Shown here one piece after another: positions 54,201 through 64,000 of a stretch of DNA of 64,000 nt. The stretch is taken from NCBI GenBank assembly GCA_976226885.1, contig OZ320314.1, forward strand, positions 34,596,001-34,660,000. Reading direction: 5' to 3'. The notes under the pieces are model-generated. The model did not search any database. It had not been told where the DNA came from and saw nothing but the letters and a program-made list of their open reading frames with translations. The translations under genes were made by a program, and so were the position numbers. Position 1 is the first letter of the stretch, and each line of letters begins with the position of its first letter. Source of the stretch: Iphione sp. A-MEVVRFRX5. Its lineage: Eukaryota.

Positions 54201-55098
54201 CGTCTTAAAAGCAGGCAGACAATGATGTTAAGTGAAGGCGCTATTTATCTTGCGTCATTAAGAAGCAAAGAGGCGCTGAGTGAGGGAGGCAGGGCGATAG
54301 AGAGAGACACACGGCGAAAAGGACGCAGGCTGTAGTTTCGGCGGCGACCGGCAGGTGGTGCACTCAGTCTCGTCGGCGGTCGCGCACAACGTCACCTCTT
54401 CCTCCATTAAATCAACAACTTTCATTTGCCGGGACCGGCGAAAAAAGCGAGTTTCACTGCCATAAAACATGCATGGGGTAGTTGAACAACAATGAGGGTT
54501 GGCATACGCCTGCAGTCTTTCTTCAGCAGTCGAGTGTAGAAATAGACGCCCATGGAAGGAAAGTGCCCCACTTGAACTCGGAGCATCGCCTAGCGTCAAG
54601 CACCAAGCGGTAATCAGTTCGGGCATGTAGTCTAGGCCTCGAAATCCTTCAGCGGCACGTTCTTAGCCTGTTCTACAGGTTAGACGCCATGCTCTGGAGG
54701 AGGCAGGTATCCGAAAAATCCACGTGCATTTCCCATGAATGACACATGACATTATCCTGAAAGTTAATAAGACCCTACAGATTGACATTTCTGTGTCATT
54801 TTCATTGTGGCAGTCTCTTACATTTCAAAACATCATATCCATAGAGACGAAAATACGAGGAATTTTTATCAGTACTCTTATAGATATGGTATTTCAAAAT
54901 AAAAAAGGAAGTCGACGTCTGAGGACTGTAGTCCCCCATCAGCCATTCAACTAAGCTCGTTCTGCTCTGAGTCCTGTTGGGTGAACATATTATGACATAG
55001 ATACAATTGTCAGACTGGTTCTAATACACACAAACGCATTCACACATGCACATATAAACACACACACATCATATTGAAATACAGTAATTGCACCCCCA

Positions 55099-55291
55099 AA
55101 TTACTTACAATGAAACAGAAATTGGCCAGTAGCAAGTGTTCATATCGGAAAGTACCCTATTACAATATCAGCTCATGTCAAACAATACTTGGCCATTTAT
55201 AAGAGCTACTGGAACATGACAGAGGGTCGGACGGTTGGACAGAAGCAATCCTAAGCCCACCCCCCTACTGACCCAGTGAGGCGGGGGGCAA
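55099..55291 (+). mobile_element. Hairpin-terminated non-autonomous dispersed repeat, copy 2
   Basis: AATTACTTACAATGAAACAG...GACAGAGGGTCGGACGGTTGGACAG...CCTAAGCCCACCCCC...GAGGCGGGGGGCAA; homologous to 14223-14401 and to the ends of the duplication B units. Confidence 0.6.
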
Positions 55292-58245
55292 TAACTGCAA
55301 AGAAAGGTCATTACAAATTAAAAATTTGAGGACTTTCTTAATTAAAGCCTTATTTTAATGTTCATGTGTTTTCGTGTCCATGTTTAGCATCATGCTCTTT
55401 TTTGTATTTACTGCTAATTACTACAGTGTGTTGGTGTACCTACTATGTCAAACACAACTCCATGTTTCAGAATGGAGTATGTTGCAATTCGGACGGAGCA
55501 CGGATCTGTGTTAGAAGCAGATGAAACAAAAAGGCCAATTCCTGCATATATGTCCATGCATATGTATGTCAAATTTGCCTTTCCTTTAACGGATACTAGT
55601 ACACTTGTCACACCCGCATATATGTAATAGCCATATACTAAATAAACACAAAGAACTGTTTAACAAAAAATGTTCAGTCATATTGAAACATGGAGCCACA
55701 GGGACACACCATACGCTTGAAGATTAGTCCCATCGGAGCTACAGCGTGAAATCCAAATTAGTCCCACACATAACTTGAAAGGTGAAGGCATTAAAGCCGA
55801 AGCGATTTCAGGCTGACTGCCGAGCAGCAGCGTGCAGCACGACAACAGCCGCTAGTGCCGAAGATAAATGGTAACTGGCGGCGGCGGCAATGGCTCCCCA
55901 AGTTTATTTCACATTTTAAACGGTTCGCACCGACAGCGTAATCAACCCACTCATCCCGCTAAGCGCTGGGGCCTTATTAGCCTTCATAAATATAATTCAC
56001 AACTGTAATTGGTGAACAACCCCTCTTGGTATTTTTTCATCCTCGGAGCTGCCTCTGTAACACAAACGGTTTGCCACACGACTCAACCAGACACCGAATC
56101 TAATTGGATTTCATCATTTTTTTTAGCCGGCAGCATCGCGACTTTTTTTTTCGCGCGCCTAAGTGAGATTTAAGCAGTATTGGGCGGCGGCGTTCATCCC
56201 ATCGCTCGATCCTAATGACTTTCAATGGGTTTTGTTTTTGCTGCGCTTCCGCCTTAACGCCAATGTGGTAATCTGTTAAGTGTATTTAATGTGTGCTAAG
56301 GAAAAAAACAACTCCGCAGCCTTTTTTTGAGTCTCCTCTGATAAGCCTCTTCATCAGGGCATTTGAGGGAAGCCTCGGCTCTTGTGTATGATCTTAAAGA
56401 GGCAGCAGGGGCTGAGCTGCGGCATGTGCGATGATGGATATGTCTCCTCAATTGTAATCCAATACAGCGCTCAGTGGCTGACAGAGGGGATTAAAATCTG
56501 ACGAGTTAAAGGCGCCTCCATCGAACTGACACTCCAGCGTACCGCTCCACGTGCGGGCGTGCAATGGGAGGGTGGGGGGGGAGGTGTGGCGGCAAGAGGG
56601 GCCGCCTGCCTGGCACGAGACAGGCAGGCCGAGGCGCTCTTAATATATCATAATCAGAGACGCAACACCCACGGCCGACTTAATGACATAATTTAAACCG
56701 TTTAACTTGAATGAAGTGAGCGTTAAACAGCCACATCTTGACATAATTGTCACTCGCTAGCGTGTGAGGATCCAACGATACATATCGCCCCTGTGGGCTG
56801 CAAGTGCTCTAAATTAAAAGAGAGGCACGGCCCTTATCAAGTACCTCTGGTCTATGTTAGAAAAAAAGCAATTTGTCAGCAATTGAGGTTGAAGTAATAT
56901 ATTTAAATGCGACTTCATACGCAAAGGGAAGAAAAAACTGTAAACGTGTGCGCTTTTATCGTCTTGAGACAAGTTGTAAAGGATTTTCGGTAGTGCATCA
57001 ACAATGATAAATTGACTTAGTTTAATTGCTCTTAGGGGAAGCGATTAAATCTCATGTAAAGCCTTCTGGACGTTTTTGCCATCGCTACATATGATACGTA
57101 AGTAATGAAATATATTTGACTTAATGAAGCTACTAATGGAATAAAACGTCACCCCTGTTGTTATACATGGAGGTGGTATTAGTAATGATATCAATCTTAA
57201 CTTACCTTGCAGGATTTATATCACTAAGGAAAATATCAAATTTGCATATCAGTCAGAAGATTACATCTCAGACCATTAAAGTGCGACGCCACTGTTGTAG
57301 GAGTCAATATCACATGGCAATATGTCACACCTTTAACTTAATTATTCACTTTTGCGCAATGTCTATTTCGGGTGATAAAATGGGGATTTATGTTTTGGTC
57401 GGTGGAATATTACCAGAAACTTTATACGTTTGTCTCTGAGTTTCGAACTACATGTACAGTTGTATTCACATTCATTGTTTTACTCTACTACTTTGATGTG
57501 CATGTCTTTGGTTTTAAACCCATTTCCTCGTGTCCCATTACTTTCCAGTGCATGATATCTTTTGAGCAAAAGGTCTGATCAGCAGTTTGTAATGGTAGGA
57601 GGAAGTACATGTATTCTGAAACAGTTCATTGCAGTTAGAGACAAAACAGTCCGAGTTAGAAAAATCTACATGTACTCATTTTCTAGGTTATGATTTTTCA
57701 CGTTTGACAACCTCTGTAGCAAAACAGTAGAATAATATAAATCAAATGTGTACATGTAACAAACATTACCTCCTCCTTGAACCGAAGTGTAGGCTGACAC
57801 ATTCCACATGTTTGTGCTGTGTTACGAGTGATTATCACTAAATACAGACAACTCTCACTTAAAGTTCTAATTCAGTCAGGATGCACCCCCTATACTCGCA
57901 ATGGACTCAAGACCGTGTATATACCTAGGTACTAAACCCGGTATTAATATTCATTAGATTAGGAACTGGTAGCTCATTGGATGAGGAGAAGTAATCAATA
58001 TTTATTGCATTTCCTTAAATCTGTTTGGACCTGATAGGTCACATGGCTCTAAGATGATGGTTTCTTTTGAAAACAACAACAAGAACTCATTCATCATTCT
58101 GCAGGTAATATGATGACTAATTTAGGCTTCAAAACCTTTGCATTTCACATAATCATATCAGAATCCCCAAAACCTCGAATCAGAACTGCAATTAACGATT
58201 TTTTTTTGTGTACTAGTCCACTAGACTAGACACTCTATGCCATCG

Positions 58246-58400
58246 TAAATTGCGTAGACCAGCTCACAGAGAGACCAGCCTGAGATGAGAAGAGATCTGA
58301 CAGAACCAACGGCACATATTTTTATAAAAGAGACACCATAGGAGACCAGACTGCAAAAGAGACCAAGTTTTTCCAGTTCTCATCGAACTATATGTAACTG
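58246..58400 (+). mobile_element. Possible MITE fragment with repeated AGACCA subterminal motifs
   Basis: AGACCA recurs four times in about 120 bp (plus a GAGACACC variant), as in Tc1/pogo-derived MITEs. No TIR pair was found. Confidence 0.25.
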
Positions 58401-61189
58401 TAAATGTAGACTGCCATTTCTGAGAGATGCCAATCAAGGCGGTTATCTGTTAAACTACGACATTGGATACATACTGTACATCCTACACTATCCTTATACA
58501 TATTTAATGGTTTGTAGAATATAGAGTCGGAAAATTTTGAAACGCTGTGCATTTCAATGTAGTTAAGAGGAAGTAGTTTAGGGCTCAAGAGAGGAAGGAG
58601 GATCAAAGAACGACCTTTTGTAACAGGTCATGTATACCCCAAATACCGGCTTGGAATGCATCAAAATGCAGTGAATATTACTAACGAGAGTGCTATGCAA
58701 TAAGTATGTACATGATAATGTAATTTCAATAGTGAATCGTTCAATACGTGATGAAAAGCAAAAAAGAAAGAGAAGAGTAGTCTTTAAGCAGTGCTTAATA
58801 TTAAAAAAAAATCTTCCTAGTTAATCATAACAGATTTCATGACGACTTTCTCTCCCCTTTGATGGCACGGAGCAAATTAATGATAGAACTCAGGCTGGTA
58901 TTATTTGTTCACGAAAAATAAAGTATCAATCATATTTGATTTGATATATGACAAGTGTTAAACTGCAGGCATGTTGACGCAAGCATCAAATTTTATTTCA
59001 CAAAGAGCATGACATAATGCCAAGAGTATACACACATACTAAAATCTGAGTTTACGGCTAGCAGGGTTGCGACCAGGAGGTGAGGCTTTACGGTAGCTCA
59101 GTGGGGCAGGTGAACGTGTCATAGATCGGCCGTTACCTGCCACAAAGATCAAACCGCTCCATCACCCAACATTTTATCCCTGCGTTAACCCATCGGCCCG
59201 ACGTTAACCCGCCGAGTCAGCCGCCGCGAGGTCGAGGGTTTTGTGACAGTTGTGTGGATGCCCTTAACGCCACACTCCACCCCCAAGACCCTCGATAAGA
59301 AGTTGTTTGGGTGAATGAGGTGGGTGGGGTACAGGGACTGCTGGTTAACACCTGGCCTGGTGCGTACCTTTACCTGGGCCGGAAGCCTCCCTGCGCCAAG
59401 GCGCGGCACCCCTTGATTGACAAATTGGATCTGCAGGGGTGCTTCCCGTGCCCCCTGCGCTCCTGCCGCCCTCCCGCCGTTACTGGGAACCTTGTCTTGT
59501 CAGCGCTCAGTCTCCTGCCCTCACCATGCGTCACACACACACATGCACACACACATCAACCACTCACTATACGTATATTATAACCATGAATTCTCACAGA
59601 ATCTCTGCTCCCTACTACATATGGTCTCTCAGTAAAAAAAATAACCCAAAAGACTCGTTTGACCCCGGCGGTATTTTTTCACGTTCTGTATATACCAACT
59701 GGCCACAAGCTACAAGCGCCAGCGGCCGCGTGTCCAGCGACTCCCACCGGGGACCTTCAGAACTAATCTGATGGCAGGCCGCACAGGAAAGGACGGGGGA
59801 AAGTGGGGTTTTAAGCAGTGGAAAGCGACAGGCACACCAACTGTTTGTAGGTTTAGCGTGGCTGAAAAAGGCATCCGGTTAGCCAGATGAAAAGGTAGTG
59901 CAGCTCTGGGAATTGCCGCACGACAATGAAGACGTACGGGGGGAGCGTGGAGGTCGATCCTAAAGCGGGTCACTGACGGCAGAGGGCGCGAGGGCGCTGT
60001 AGCCATCAAGAGGCGATCAGCGCCGCCACGCCCCGGACCCTTGAGGGAAAGTGGTAAGGGGCAGGAGGATAAGAAAAACTATCGCCTGGCTTGACTACTA
60101 GTCTCACAGGTAGAGAGCCCTACAGCTGGTTTCCTGTTCGTAACCGAGCCACAGCAGGCTAGTGCGTGGGGGGGCTCTCTACCGCCTGCCGCTCACAACT
60201 TCACATCTCGGTTTAAAAAAACACTGCAAATGATTTATGAAGGGCATGCACAGCTCCCCTCGAAACTATCCACTACAAATGAACGTAAATTACGAATTAA
60301 ATGGAACCGCCGGTAAAAATGCCAATAACATTTTATAAAGTTATGCCATCCTTTCATCAGGTGCCTTTTTGTACAGACGAACATGGTGTATGCAGAGGGT
60401 CATTTTTTTCATCTCAGAAACTCTAGAGCCAGTTTCACATGTATCCTCTGACTTTTCATGCACAACAGTACATTGTTTATGCACCCCAATCAAGGTGCAT
60501 GAAACCTGTCTGATGATATAATACCAGATGTCCTCCTGCACTACTTTTCTATAGGATTTATCACTCTGCGTGACAACCTGTCTTTGACTGATTGGAGAAA
60601 CATTGACAGATCTATTAGCATAACACATGTGCATGTGAACGAGCAAGTTAACTTCAATGTACCTCCTGAAAGGTAGAACGGTCCGTTTGGTCTGAATGGA
60701 CAGACAAATACATATATGTGAAACCCAGCTTAAAAGAGTAGACCATCGTAAATATAGTACACGTATGTGTATATTACCTGACCTTAAATTAAGGAGTGTA
60801 ATCAAATTCACTATTTCTGAACATTTACCCATCAAATTTGCTGCATTTACCCATAAAATTTGTCGCTGTTTAGATGTGTTCTCTCCAACCTCTCCACATA
60901 TTTTTACTTGATCCAATGTATGTTCACACACATTGCGTTTTACAACATATTCATATAACCCATCCAAACACATCCACAAAGGACACCCCGGTGCATGAGG
61001 TTCTGGGACAATTTTTCAGGCATGGCAACACACTGGACGCTCGTACAAGTGTATACATGTATACACTGTACATACTGGAATATGTTGTTACATAAAACAC
61101 AGACTATACGATTTATCTACTCTCGCAAACTTGAATTATTACAAACATAGTGGCCTTCAATAAACGTACAACGGCTGGACTTGTGTATG

Positions 61190-61469
61190 CTGCTTATCGG
61201 TGGATATGGTCGCGTTTCAGTCTTCGAAGCGCCGCTTCCGATACGATCGTCAAACGTACTGAAATTAGACGGCAGTAGGAGATGACGGCTACAAAATGGG
61301 CGACGCGCGCGCCGACACTGAGTAGAATTTTACGCGCATTTGCTGACATGTCAGCACTACAGGCTGTCACAGAGGTGCTGTCATCGCAAGCTGACGAGCG
61401 GCGCGACGTCCGATTAAAAAAGAAAAAAAAAAAAGAATCTCGGCCCAAGACAAGACGACGACGGTGAGC
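61190..61469 (+). promoter_or_regulatory. Candidate CpG-rich promoter / first exon of a plus-strand transcript
   Basis: CpG-dense. ETS-like GCTTCCG at 61234-61240, YY1-like AAAATGGGCG at 61293-61302, ORF from ATG 61282/61348 ending KKKKKKESRPKTRRR, and a candidate donor CG|GTGAGC at 61463/61464. Confidence 0.3.
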
Positions 61470-61767
61470 GGCAAGTTATACTTTCATACGGACGTTCGAT
61501 CATCATGCTCTATGCCCGTCTCCTCGTCGGTCCCGCCTGCTCCTGCTCTGGTATCGTGGCAATTTGCTAAAGCTATATGGTGTTTTGTAGTGAGAGACGA
61601 CCAAAAAGATGGAAGGGATGGCGGCAGCACCACCAGGGAAGGAAGGGACGGAAGAAGTGGAGAGGAGGGGGGGGGGCAGAAGGGGAGGGAGAGGAAGTGG
61701 GAGGGGGAAGCGGGGTTGTTCAGGGAAGGGCGGGTGTGTTAGGATACTGGGCCAAGGCTGCAAATCC

Positions 61768-61777
61768 TGATTGACAG
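61768..61777 (+). promoter_or_regulatory. PBX-MEIS/PREP decamer
   Basis: Exact TGATTGACAG. Motif match only. Confidence 0.35.
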
Positions 61778-62389
61778 ATGGCGATGAGGGAAAATTAACT
61801 TCAACAGGTGAGAGGCATGGAGGAATCATCTTGCACGCAACCGTTTCAATGACTGGCGTCTGATGGCCACTGACAGTCCCCATCATTGGATTAGACTGTC
61901 TCCAGCACGATGCTGTACTCCTCCACTACCATGCATACAGATTACAGATTAGTCATAATATAATATGTCTGTACGCACTGTACCATTTCCAGATATTTTA
62001 CCTCTGACGATGTCATGTCTCAGATTCTAACAGAGGACTACACACATTAAATGTATGTGTATCAAATAAAACCCAAGATCTTTGTTTTATGGCTGATAGG
62101 TTGGCTTTGTCACTCGTATCATAAGAACATGTACATGTACACTCGTAGTTTCGGAACAATTGTCCCCTTCTTCCGGAGGTATTTCCGAATGAACAAGATG
62201 AATTTCAATGACAAGCTGCATGGGCATGCTTTCCCCAGGGACAGCCATTCTTAAGCACAGTACATGTACTACTTTATATTTGCTGAAATGTCTATTGACC
62301 AGGAGGAATTAACCTTATATTATTCAGAAGGGGAAAATGACGTTGACACGGTTCTATGTAAGGGATTATATGTTTCTAATAAATCCTAC

Positions 62390-62429
62390 ACGAGTGACAA
62401 TTTTGGCAAGGCCGGGTAATGCACCTGGT
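62390..62429 (+). mobile_element. Possible non-autonomous Helitron 3' terminus
   Basis: GGCAAGGCCGGGTAATGCACCTGG|T ends in CTRR followed by T and resembles recalled GCGAAGCCGGGTA...CTAG termini. Confidence 0.25.
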
Positions 62430-62608
62430 ATCAAGAATAAATTATTCTAGGAAATAAAATATTTATGTAACATAGCAACACCAAATCAGGCCTTACGTTG
62501 AATATCGAAATAATCATGCTAATGTCTCTATACGGAAAAACAACGGTAATGTAACTTCTACCATTTCACAAGTCATGTAGCCCCAACCCAGAGTGATCCA
62601 CAACTTGT

Positions 62609-62707
62609 AAAAAGGCTGTGGGTGTATAGGATTCTGTCCTCTATGCACAAAAAGACCCCAGAATCCTATTCGAAATAAGAGTAGGGGACAACCCTGGGTA
62701 TTTTGGT
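62609..62707 (+). mobile_element. SINE core fragment (MetaSINE-like)
   Basis: GCACAAAAAGACCCCAGAATCCTATTCGAAATAAGAGTAGGGGACAACCCTGGG resembles the recalled MetaSINE central domain (AAAGAACCC...TCGAAAAGAGTAGGGG...CCCGG). Assignment is from memory. Confidence 0.4.
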
Positions 62708-62789
62708 CTCTCAATTCTCAATAATAGATGATAGTATGCTACCCCAGGAGGATATGGTTGAGCCCAGTCATATAATAGGTGAATATCTA

Positions 62790-63158
62790 GTCCCTGGTAA
62801 AAGATACAATGAAATGAGCTGACATGTCGCCTTCGAGAAATTTACCGAAAATGTACACAGAGCAGTTGCAGAAACCTGCAGAAAACAATATGTGGGACAA
62901 ACACAAAATTCATTAAAAGTGAGGTTCAGTTCACATAAAAATGACATAAAGGAAAAGAAAGACACAACAGTATCTCGCCATTTCAACTCATGTCCCAAAT
63001 ACTCACCTGCAAAATGGAATGGGGTATTGATCTCAGTTTTAGAATTCTTCAGAACCCCAAACAATACCGATTTCAGGCAGGAACGCAAACGAATCGAACG
63101 ACGGTGGATCCATAGACTGAAAACTGTGATCCCAAGAGGTCTAAATACCATGGACTAA
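62790..63158 (+). pseudogene. C-terminal GIY-YIG endonuclease fragment of a Penelope-like retroelement (5'-truncated, upstream part degraded)
   Basis: Frame reads TCRKQYVGQTQNSLKVRFSSHKNDIKEKKDTTVSRHFNSC...ERKRIERRWIHRLKTVIPRGLNTMD*. It has the CxKQYVGQT motif, the conserved R (VRF..H), E (IERRWI) and GLN of PLE GIY-YIG domains. There is an in-frame TGA at 62820-62822 and no RT domain upstream. Confidence 0.85.
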
Positions 63159-63466
63159 CGCAGACTGATCCGATATGCTAAATATGTCATGCAACTGTAT
63201 TTTCATCCCATAGCATATGGAACAGTCAAGGTGCCTGTCTCCCAAATCAATGGATCGACTAGGTGCGGCCACGCTACACCTGCCCATCAACAAGACTACA
63301 CACCTAACGCTAGTCTTGAATTGGACCATCAAGTCCAAGTAGGGCCTTCCAAGCCGAGGACTCCAAGCAATTCAATTCCAGAAAAGTCATTGTATAAATT
63401 ACCACATTGACATTTGAGTCATACGTGCCAATTTTATACAGACGCATCACAAATCCTATTATGCAC

Positions 63467-63490
63467 CTGATGAGACACTCCAGTCGAAAC
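63467..63490 (+). ncRNA. Hammerhead ribozyme core relic in PLE 3' region
   Basis: CTGATGA-GAC-ACTCCA-GTC-GAAA-C. Core and helix II are present; I could not form helix I or a good helix III. Confidence 0.5.
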
Positions 63491-64000
63491 CACACTCTGA
63501 GTCTCTCAAATATCCCAATTAAGACTTGAGTACTGGTGTAACTACTTACAAACATCAGCCCCCCAGAAAACCATTACAACAAGGGATTACCAGTTAAATC
63601 ACACCAAAGATATACATAAGAGACTCCCATACCAACAGGAGACATGACAACCCCTCACCAGGCAACCATCTCTCCAATCAGAGTCTAAACTAAAAGAGTC
63701 ATTGACAATAGTTCCATCACTAAGACTCCCATTGTGATGTCAACTTACTGGTTTGGAACACAGGTCAAAGCATACCGTCATCAGGACAGTGTTGTGGTCG
63801 TGCACTCTCCGTCTTTCATCGTTTATTGAAAACATATACAGAGACGAAATGTCTCTTAAGTTGATGGTGATGTTCCCAGCTGTGATGTAGACCAGACAAG
63901 TAGCAAGAGTTCACCAGCGGTGAATTTAACCAGATCGTAAAATTTTCAACATCAACCCTTCCCTGACCACAAAAAAAATAGGGGTTTGAGTATTCCTAAC

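Larger units (their letters stand above)
62790..63550 (+). mobile_element. Penelope-like element (PLE) 3' remnant: endonuclease end plus 3' region with hammerhead core
   Basis: GIY-YIG ORF end followed about 310 nt later by CTGATGA-GAC-loop-GTC-GAAA. Boundaries are approximate. Confidence 0.7.

Noticed and set aside
60341-60979. Longest ORF in the track (212 aa, minus strand)
   Set aside because: TTG start, no recognisable domain, non-coding-like composition and no splice signals. Only modestly longer than the chance expectation for a 64-kb window.

Overview
Eukaryotic (animal) genomic DNA with no bacterial-type genes, CRISPR arrays, rRNA or recognisable tRNA. Base composition, frequent TACATGTA motifs and the repeat families suggest an invertebrate deuterostome, most likely amphioxus; this is an inference, not proven. 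The only recognisable host gene is a minus-strand CAAP1 (C9orf82) orthologue. It is represented by two coding exons (36015-35815, 201 nt; 17703-17619, 85 nt) separated by an 18.1-kb intron. I found no other CAAP1 exon, so most or all of the window may be intronic. The non-coding DNA is rich in GC-rich, homeodomain/Sox/CRE-motif islands, as expected if CAAP1 is the bystander gene of a genomic regulatory block. Mobile-element relics include a Penelope-like GIY-YIG endonuclease fragment (about 62.8-63.2 kb), several Penelope/retrozyme-type minimal hammerhead ribozyme motifs, two frameshifted ORF relics of unknown family next to those ribozymes, nested tandem copies of a hairpin-terminated repeat, and SINE/MITE fragments. 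One hammerhead (45165-45203) is fully canonical; the others are mutated. There are also microsatellites and two assembly gaps. Most ORFs in the supplied track look spurious.
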